From NCBI GenBank assembly GCA_965644295.1, contig CBFFRP010000449.1, positions 1 to 60,380 on the forward strand: 60,380 bases of DNA, written 5' to 3'. Below the pieces are notes generated by a model that was given only the letters and a program-made list of their open reading frames with translations, did no database searches and was not told the DNA's origin. Position 1 is the stretch's first letter. Every line of letters begins with the position of its first letter. This stretch comes from Paraphysomonas bandaiensis (taxonomy: Eukaryota; Protista; Chrysophyceae). Below are positions 50,857-60,380 of the stretch, piece by piece. A program made the position numbers and the translations under genes.

Positions 50857-53647
50857 TTAAATTATTTCAAGCAGAAGAGCACAAAAGAAACACATGTCAA
50901 AATTCGCATCAAGACATGCTAACCACAGAAATTCGTTGCTGTACACTTCCGGGCTATATTGACTTACACAGGAACAGCTAGGACACGCTCGAGGATTTAC
51001 TGTACTTTCAGAAAGATCTATTGGAGAGAAAGTGTATGTACAGATTTCTGTTTCTAGTGTGCATACAGTGCACGCCACCCGAGCAGGACAAGATTCGGGT
51101 ACACCGATTGCAGATCCACACCCTGCGCATTCTGTTCCGAATCCATTCTTTTCATTGCTGTAGTATAACATAAGATATTTCTCGGCATATTTCTTCGTTC
51201 GTAGGGCAGTGGTTCCAACGCGACATGCATCCACCTCAGAATATATGCGCCTGGAGTCGGTGGTAGAAGCGTTCTCGGGATCGTTCTTTTTAGCAGATAA
51301 TTCACAGATGTGATACAAAAACTGACTCGCAAAATAAATAGTCCGCAATTCTCGCAATGAAGGTACTGGAAGACCGCGTGCCCAGGCGCTCATAATATCG
51401 CTTGTATATTCGCTTTCTCTGTCAGAAGCTCGAGACTCAAATACTTCGACTTGGAAGTGAAACCGCGCACTGAAATTCAAATACATACATTAATTTCAGA
51501 TAGTAGATATCAATCCACGTTGTACCTGTGGATTAAGTTTTCAGCCCATGATGCTTTCATACATAGCTGAAGTGTCCATAATAAGCTGAGAAATGGCTCT
51601 TGTATTTCCACTCCTGTCGACCTATGGACAGCCAGAATAGTGCCAGCAACACATTGCCAAAGTCTAAATTTTGATCGTCTCCCATCTTCATCTACGCAAA
51701 TCATATTTTTAATAAAAAATGCAATTCATACTTTATCACAACCTGCGGGTATCTTGAGAAATGAATCATGATCCGTAAGAGCGCTAAAACTGCTATCTAG
51801 CCCTGCACTGACTGCAATTGCGGCCGTATGGAACGTCTGCATCAAAAGTGTTAACCTTTCAATTTCAAATTCCTCAGTTGACTGCACTATATCAATTGTC
51901 GCTTCATTAGTTCCACTATCATCGTAGTCTTCATCCACTTCACACATTTCGGTAGATTGTCGCTTTATTTGTCCTGTCTGGGACAGCTCATCCATACATA
52001 GAAGAAGGTATAGGTGAAGCGAGGATAAAGACACAAACTGGAGATATCTTTCCCGAGAAATAAATAATAGCACTCGTTGTATAGTACCTACGTCAACTAG
52101 GTGAGATGGTCGGGTAGGTGGACATAGACCACAGGTCAATGCGTGTACTTTGTGGTTTCCATACATAGATTTACTTTTTATGGTGGTGTCGTGTATTGTC
52201 CCGAAAACTAGTCCAAAAGGATCCACGCAAAGCCCAGCGTAAAACAGACTATTCGAAATTACAGTGCCAGTACTCGTTACGCGCATCAGACTAGAGTTTT
52301 CAACTGGTTCACACTTCCATGCTTTCACATTTCCATCAAATGATGCGGTTAGCATCGCTACTGAACTGCTATTACTACAGTCGTAATCGAATGACGAGGG
52401 ACATGGTGGTACAAAACTAATGCCAGAAACGCAATCATAATGACAGACACATTCGATACTCTCGATAGTGACATCACTGCTACTGCTGTTGGTTGTGGTA
52501 CTGTCAGATGCAGTGCTATGCTTATGAACATAGCATCTGCAATCAGATTGTACAGCCAGGAGGCTGGTATCTGGGTCCAACGCCCTGCTCAGTACACGCT
52601 CGACTGGAGATGACTTGCTCTGTGTCACCCATCGCCACACGAGATTCAAGCAGACCGAATCTGACAAACTAAGGGACAAATCAAGAATAGTTCCGTCAGA
52701 TAGGCCCACCACAAGACCGCTGGGTGTACGCAGTGTACCCTCACGACCAAGACTTGTGTTGGCATCATTCCAAGCAACAGAGCAGATGTAGGACGTCGTG
52801 AATTCAGTGGAAAGAAGACTTCCTATAGATGCAGTACATAGCAATTTCACACCAGATTGGATCGACCAAATTGCAATCATGTCTGAAGTGGTCGTAACTA
52901 GTAGCGCACATCTCCCTTCGATAACGGAAGGAAGAGTACATAAGCTGGAAAACCACGACATGTACCTGATAATCTGTACACAACGTATCAGACAAAACTT
53001 TAGTGTATATAGTTGCTTGCATAAACAACTTCTAGACACCAACTATAGCAGATACATATATCACCATTCGTGAAACTGGTGGGTCTTGTTGGCTGTTAAG
53101 TGCAGAATACACTTCATTGATATTTGCTATCTGGGAAGCTCCAAAATACATCACTTTACCTCCCACCACGACAGCTTCGCTGCAAGTAGACGTAGATACC
53201 TAACACAGTTGCAATTACATCTCATCGCTTGTAATTGAACAGATATACCTCTACAAGCAGGAGAGTTCCATTGTTGAGTAGCACAGCGAGTATATCTGCA
53301 CCTGTTGCAGATACATGCAAAGGGCTCCAGCAAACAGATCGAAACAACACTGTTGATTGTAGGTCTTCCAGCATATCCTGGTTAGGATACTGTCAGCGAG
53401 TTAAACAGTGCATCAGAGATAAGAAGTAGAGATTTACCTGAATGGAGTAGTCAGCTGTGGATTTAATGGACTGAAACTGAATCCATTTCGGCTTGACAAT
53501 ACACCCATTCCGATAAAGAGAATACGGCTGTATTAAGAGAATAGTATCACATGTGACCACTGCAAAGATTCCACTCAATGACCATTTCACACAGTCAGGA
53601 TATTGTAAAGTTCCAGGGAAGAGTTTAGTTGAAATGATAGTATCCAT
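50857..53647 (-). CDS. Probable TFIIIC subunit 4 (GTF3C4/Tfc8-like), multi-exon
   Basis: N-terminal LQYPDCVKWSLSGIFAVVT, a WD-like middle region, and a C-terminal Cys cluster CAGC...CTVC...CTYTF...CPSC...CFFC resembling zf-TFIIIC. Confidence 0.55.
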
Positions 53648-54032
53648 TAATAATATCTATTTATGTATGTATTGACTATAGATGTATACATACATGCATA
53701 TGTTAAAGATCAGTATATCATCATCTCAATCATAGAGGATGAAGTCGAAGTATTTTGTGTTAATACTAAACTTCGTTTTCAGATCACTTTGCTGTCCTTG
53801 CTATGTACTGGTCGTATGATACACTATGATAGGGAGTGGAAGGTATACCACAAATACCGTCCCTTGTGTTAAAAAATCGATTGTTGTATACGATATATTT
53901 CATACATTAGACACATACATGTATATAGTAGTATAGTACACCCATCCAGTGTAAGTGTGATATGCATGATTGTTTAGAATAGCCAAATATAATCTCGTGA
54001 GTTAGATTTCTATCACAACAATTCCTGAGATC

Positions 54033-55911
54033 ATGATAGCTGATTCCGAGTATATATTCTTTATTGCCTATGGGGTGTTGTGTGTAGTAGTATGTCTGGC
54101 TCTTATAAAAGTACAGAGTACGGAGACTCTGACTATAACAACAACTGAATTCAAAATATTTCAAACTAATTTCCTACTTGGATATATGACAGTTATATTG
54201 GGAGAAGTGTTATGTGTAGCATCATTTTTCTATGTCTTGACCAGCTTGGATTTAACTTTAGGGCAGATAACCAAACTGTTCATTGTATCCGCCACATCGT
54301 CGACTTTATTCGGAGTACTGTCTGAAATTGTCGACATTGGCTCGAGAAGAGACAAATGCATTTTAAGTGCAATTTTATATGCGATTGCTACATTTAGTCT
54401 GTTTTCTGGAGGACATTTCGAGATACTGATGCTTGGAAGAGTTGTATACGGCGGTGGCAATGTATTGCTACATTCTGCGTTTGATGCCTACATGGTTCAC
54501 GAACACACCACTCAAGGATTTCCGGATGATTGGTTGCTACATACGTTTGGTCGTCTTGCGCACTCCATGACTATTGTTGCTATTATTGCTGGTCCGCCTA
54601 CTGAGCTTTTTTAATCTGGAGGATAATTTTTTTCATGGTTTAGGTATACTTGGACAAGCGTCATCCGCGCTCTTTGGCCCTTTCGGATGCGTGGGGTTGA
54701 GCTGCCTTCTATTTATTGGTATTGCATTATTTATAGGTGTTAAGTGGAACAAAGATGTATCCAGTTCAAGGTTCATGCTATCCGGATTCACGTACTCCCT
54801 CGGACAGATGGCAAGGTGAGCATCCAGTGGTCGTCTACTATTTAGCTGACCTCAACGTTGTTTTCTCTACTAGGGCAATGAGGAGTAACACTCAAGTAGT
54901 CTTAGTAGTGGGGCTTTCTACCTGTGCAGAGGCAGCAATCCTAGTCTTTTCTTTCTACTGGGCCCCTTGGATCGCCGGTACTTTCACTTCTTCCGCACTC
55001 GCATCTGCTGCCCCTGTGAGTGTTTTGGTTGACACAAGCGCTGGTACTAGTACAGAGCCTGTCAGTGGATCAGGAGTTGCAGCTGGGGCAGATGGGTCTA
55101 CAGCAGAGGAATTAGCTGGAGCAGAAACCACTCATCTGATGGCCGCTGCATCCACAGTACCTTTCATTCTCATATACTCCACCCTCATGATGAGCGCTAT
55201 GTTAGGTATCATAATTGATACTAGTCATGGTTATACTGTATGTGAATGCATTGTTTGAAACATTGTTTTTGTAAACATGTAACTGCGAATACGTGGATAT
55301 TTATCCTTTATGTATATACTTTTAGGAAACTACCTCTACACCCTCGCCAATCCCCGGTATGGCAATGATATTATCTTCCAAGCATTGCTGGCGACTGCTG
55401 CTGGTGCATTTTTTATTAGTGCGATAGTGCAGACCCCCGAGTTGGTATTCCTTGCCTCTATATGTGTGCAGGTATGCTCTGGTGGGTACTGGCCAAGCAT
55501 AGGGTATCTCAGGGGCCGCTACTTCCTTCCTGAGATACGAGGAGTCACAGTCGCCTTGATCAGGTGTGTTGATAATATTTGAGCCAATTGGCATGTGGTG
55601 TTATTAAACATGTAGCCTACCTATTGATCAGTAGTTGTCATGATGGCGTGACTAATTTATGTGCGATGGTGCTTGTATAATCAGGGTCCTGTCCTTGTGT
55701 ATCGTTGTGGCCATTCTCTGGATGTTCCACGAGAGCTATTTTATGGTGTTGATGATGTGCAGTGCACTAAACGCTGTGGCAATGTATCTACAGTTCACTA
55801 TTTCTCAGGTGTGTTAGTTCTGTGTAAAATGATTACTCTAAAATATTGTGTTTACAGGCTGAACTCAAATCGGAGGCAAATGATATTTTGGATGATAATG
55901 CCGACGCTTGA
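54033..55911 (+). CDS. MFS transporter, MFSD5/MOT2 (molybdate-anion transporter)-like, multi-exon
   Basis: Motifs EFKIFQTNFLLGY, LMLGRVVYG...LLHSAFDAYMVHEH...GFPDDWL, FSFYWAP and GGYWPSIGYLRGRYFLPEIRG. Confidence 0.82.
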
Positions 55912-56752
55912 TCGATATCCTATTGGGTAGCTATGTGAAGCGTAGTATTATGTAAGTACTAGCTAGGCAGTATTGTTGCAATTGCATGGTGCTAATGGTA
56001 TTCGTTTCTCATTCTGTTAAGTATAATTAGATATTTTATGTTACACTTAAGCATCGAAGCATCGAATATATGTGTTACAGTACGCAACTCCGATCAACCT
56101 AGCTTTGGTTAATCAATACATTATTTTTCTAACTGATATCCAAATTCGTCACAGATGACATGAATAGTATTTTAACTTAGCTCATCATATCTTTTCGGCA
56201 TTCTTGAATCTGCCAAAGTAAAAATGCTGTGTATATACTGGTTTAGTTAGCTAAGCAGGGCCCGATAGCAATATAATAGCAATCCAAAATATTTTTCCTG
56301 GCCCTGTATTTAAGTAATGTTATTGTCGTTATAATGGCTTTAGTGTATGTATATATCTGAAAGGATTTACTTCACTTAATCTCAAACTAATACCGCATAG
56401 CTTCCAGTCTGTACTGAGAGCCCGGGTAATTGATTTTGATGGTGCAGATATATTATTGTGTTTACAGAGATAATTTTCATTTTGACAGCGTGAACAGCAT
56501 AAACATCAAGTCAACAGAGTCATTGCTCTCGTGGTTTAGAAAAAATTTTGCTCTTTATTAATATGTATAATCTTTATTAATCCAGGAAATAACACTATTC
56601 AGCATGTGGTCATCATCAATCATATAAAGGTCAATTCAAAGCCTTGAACTTTTCCATGATGATAATTCGAACCACGACGTTAGTTTGCCAACTACCAAAT
56701 ATACGACACATAATTCACTATTGACAATACTGCACTGGATCCCCATAACCGG

Positions 56753-57529
56753 CTAACAGCATAGGATGTCATTACATGTGTCATTGCTATTTCTACTGGA
56801 GGATACAATGAAGTATCCTCGAGGAAGACCTGTCTTAGAATCTACAGCCTCCATAGCTGACCATAGAGTTGTAAGAGGCACCCAGTAAGGAGGATACTTG
56901 AACCTCGCTACATCTAATATGAGCACGGAATCCGTATCACGGTTGTATCCCCCAATAGGGCTAAAGTGACCGTCCCCAGTTTGATCCAGCACTTTTCTTG
57001 AGAAATTACAAATGATAAATGCATCACAGGTTGAATTTCTGCAGGAATCAACAACTAAGGAACGAAAACTATCAAGGTTAGTTTTCGGAGCTCTACACGA
57101 GTTAATTTTAACTTGATGGCAAACACCTAGAGCTTCAAAAGCTTGAAAATCCATTCCCTCTGTCCGAATTTTGTCAGATGAATGAGCGCATAGTTTTTCT
57201 GATTCACATAACAACGTCTCCTCGGACACCCAGCGCCATATTCCTTTCCAAGTTCGCTTAGGATCATGATTTAAAGCATTCAACACCATTACCAAGGAAC
57301 TGAGAGAGCAGTAACTGGGTTCTGACTGAGTGACGAACTGTTCTGCCAACGGAAAGTAGCACTCCATATCCCCATCATCAAGAGACTTCTTAAACATAAA
57401 ACGACCCTCTTTAGAAGATAAAGCAATAAGAGTACTAGGAAGCTGTCTGCGATGAAATGTTGTCGAATTCGTACGCCGATACACATTAAAAAGACTACTT
57501 GAAACTAAAAAACGAGCAGTAACATACAT
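56753..57529 (-). CDS. PCS: Phytochelatin synthase, catalytic domain only
   Basis: Motifs TQSEPSYCSLSSLVMVLNAL, WKGIWRW, QTGDGHFSPIGGY and LILDVARFKYPPYW, giving the Cys-His-Asp triad. The start is uncertain (57529 or 57610). Confidence 0.92.
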   Translation of the reverse strand: MYVTARFLVSSSLFNVYRRTNSTTFHRRQLPSTLIALSSKEGRFMFKKSLDDGDMECYFPLAEQFVTQSEPSYCSLSSLVMVLNALNHDPKRTWKGIWRWVSEETLLCESEKLCAHSSDKIRTEGMDFQAFEALGVCHQVKINSCRAPKTNLDSFRSLVVDSCRNSTCDAFIICNFSRKVLDQTGDGHFSPIGGYNRDTDSVLILDVARFKYPPYWVPLTTLWSAMEAVDSKTGLPRGYFIVSSSRNSNDTCNDILCC

Positions 57530-57677
57530 CGTTGTTATGAAATGAGCAGAACACCGATACAAGAGAAAGTTACAATAGAGTAGCACCCAACTCAACGGCC
57601 ATGCATGCAATTGTCATGCACGGCCACACTAATGCAAATTGTAATTGTCTCTAACACTTGTAAAACAACACCTCCAC

Positions 57678-58511
57678 ACATACATACATACATACATACA
57701 TACATACATACATACATACATACATACATACATACATACATACATACATACATACATACATACATACATACATACATACATACATACATACATACATACA
57801 TACATACATACATACATACATACATACATACATACATACATACATACATACATACATACATACATACATACATACATACATACATACATACATACATACA
57901 TACATACATACATACATACATACATACATACATACATACATACATACATACATACATACATACATACATACATACATACATACATACATACATACATACA
58001 TACATACATACATACATACATACATACATACATACATACATACATACATACATACATACATACATACATACATACATACATACATACATACATACATACA
58101 TACATACATACATACATACATACATACATACATACATACATACATACATACATACATACATACATACACCGTACATACACATGCTGCTGTACATCTACAT
58201 ACATACATACATACATACATACATACATACATACATACATACATACATACATACATACATACATACATACATACATACATACATACATACATACATACAT
58301 ACATACATACATACATACATACATACATACATACATACATACATACATACATACATACATACATACATACATACATACATACATACATACATACATACAT
58401 ACATACATACATACATACATACATACATACATACATACATACATACATACATACATACATACATACATACATACATACACCGTACATACACATGCTGCTG
58501 TACATCTACAT
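57678..58511. repeat. ~830-bp (TACA)n microsatellite in two blocks, each ending in the same 32-bp unique sequence
   Basis: CCGTACATACACATGCTGCTGTACATCTACAT occurs at 58169 and 58480. Confidence 0.97.
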
Positions 58512-58629
58512 ACGGATATATCTCAAATACGTGAAGTATGTGTATATCAGTCAGTTATTGGTATATCTCCACACATCCCACACTATAAGTCGACTCTTCC
58601 ACGATATATATTCTATCTTGTCCTTAGTC

Positions 58630-59572
58630 ATGGATAAATTATTTCATTGTGCCGCTGTTTTTCTTACACTCAGCATTGCCTCTCTGGCGTCAGGGGAGAG
58701 CATGCTCAGAGGACCCGGCAAAGAGCTTTTTGTTTATCCTAAAACATTTGGGAACTTTTCTCTCCAATCATGCAGGTATATTGCCGAGATTAGATATGAT
58801 TTGGATATTTATTTTACGTTTTAGTTCTGCCCCATCCTGTGGAACAACAATGGCAACGTACAACGGAATACCCGCCAAATCAAATGGCGCTAACCAATGT
58901 ACTGGCAACAGCTGTGCTGGGTATGGAACTTATGGGTATCAGTATCAGTGTGTTGAGCTTGCTCAACGATACTTTGGTGAGCTGTATGGCACGACTCCTA
59001 TTTGGTATGGTAATGCTATTGATCTTTGCAACACATTTCCAAGTGGCGTCGTCAAAACTAGCTCCCCTATTGCAGGAGACCTGGTTGTATTCAATACTGG
59101 TACATATGGTCATGTGGCTGTGATTACACATGTAGGAGGGGGGTATGTTGACGTAATTGAGCAAAATTCTTCCCCAACAGGCACCAACACCTACTCCATG
59201 TCCTCCAATGTGCAGTGCTACTTGCACGCCACCAAGAACTCGGGGTCATGTCCTAACAAAGGATGGTACTGTGGAAATGATGGCGTTGATAAAGATCCCA
59301 ATGTCAACTATCTTTGCTCAGCTACTGGTGGGTCGATCACGAATCAGGATAACTGCAAAACCACTTGCGTGACAATGCCAAGCGGTTACGACGATAAATG
59401 CACCTCCAATGGATCTTGCGACGGGTTGCACGGTTACTACTGCGGAAACGATAAGGTTAACGGGGATGCCGACACTCTTTATTTGTGCCTCAATGGTGAG
59501 CCCTCCGGTGCCACATACTGCAGCAATGGATGTCATGTTGCCTCTTCTGGTTACGATGACTACTGCAACTGA
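58630..59572 (+). CDS. Secreted CHAP-domain amidase/peptidase with two C-terminal Cys-rich G(W/Y)YCGND repeats
   Basis: Signal-peptide exon MDKLFHCAAVFLTLSIASLASG, intron at ~58776-58824, then YQCVELAQRY, WYGNAID, PIAGDLVVF, YGHVAVI and VIEQN. Confidence 0.88.
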
Positions 59573-59771
59573 GTCCTGACATATAACTATATGTTGGCGT
59601 TGTAAGTGAATACAACTTCAGAAAAACCGAGTATCTAAAGCTTCACGTCGTATATGTGTAATTTCCTGTAATTCGTAATATTTACTATTAATATATAAAA
59701 CCACGATAGGAACATTGTCATGTCATTATTTTTGGATGGTACAAATTGCGTGCCAGCCAGCAGTCTTTATT

Positions 59772-59921
59772 ACAATTTATGGCTCCGCAGATTCTCGCTT
59801 ATTCAAATACTGTTTTGTTGAAAGGATCTATATAAACACGAGTAAGCAATCTTTGTGACAATTTATGGCTTCGCATATTCGAATATTGTTTTGTTGAAAG
59901 GCTATGTAAGCACGAGTAAGT
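59772..59921. repeat. Diverged ~70-bp direct repeat, 2 copies
   Basis: ACAATTTATGGCT...TGTTTTGTTGAAAGG...CACGAGTAAG at ~59772 and ~59858. Confidence 0.75.
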
Positions 59922-60380
59922 AACTATAATTGCAGTAGCGTCAATTCAAAACCGGCTATTACATCTCAGAACAATCAACAACTTTGTTGCAACTGTTGAA
60001 TATTTGCTTGCACCTACTAGCATGTATTGCTTGTCATGTGAATGATAATCCTATAATCTACTCGCCAATTGGCCGATAACTGGTTCGAGATCATGTAACC
60101 AAGTAAATAATTCAATCGTATCTATTAAAATATATACTATAAGTGATATTTAAGCAGCATGAGAGCAGAATTTGTACAATACGACAACATATAGATCTAA
60201 ATTCTGAACACAGGCAATGCCCCTAGTAATTTCTATTCATTCGACCAGTACACCATTCCATAGTCACGGTTCTCCTTGCTGCTGCCTGAATATAACTGTC
60301 CTCAACAACGTACACCTTCAGCATAGAGCATATCGGCAGTCAGCATCACAGTTCTTGGTAATAAATGCATTATAACATCT

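Noticed and set aside
57592-58637. MYVC/HTYI repeat ORFs
   Set aside because: These are translations of the (TACA)n microsatellite.
60180-60380. Possible gene fragment at the right edge
   Set aside because: Too short and no recognisable motif.

Overview
Eukaryotic, gene-dense genomic DNA with short (~40-100 nt) GT-AG introns and the standard genetic code. The gene content suggests a stramenopile, probably a phagotrophic chrysophyte-like alga; this is inference only. About 14 protein genes are supported: a coiled-coil protein with repeated Sld2/FAM13A-like motifs, AMPK beta (8 introns, missed by the ORF track), DNA polymerase kappa, an HPP-family membrane protein, an FGGY kinase, UDP-sugar pyrophosphorylase, a ~5000-aa NHL-LRR-PT-repeat-REJ-GPS polycystin-like receptor, an RNI-type LRR protein, an armadillo protein, a WD40 protein, a probable TFIIIC subunit 4, an MFSD5/MOT2-like transporter, a catalytic-domain-only phytochelatin synthase and a secreted CHAP amidase with Cys-rich repeats. 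There are two tRNAs (Leu-TAG, Pro-CGG). The intergenic DNA holds a 146-bp satellite, an ~830-bp (TACA)n tract, a 901-bp Mutator-like element with intact TIRs and a 9-bp TSD, a decayed PIF/Harbinger element, a Tc1 fragment, a CpG-decayed RS-rich pseudo-ORF, and at least 5 copies of an unclassified, possibly structured ~450-bp dispersed repeat. Exon boundaries were read by eye and no database searches were run.
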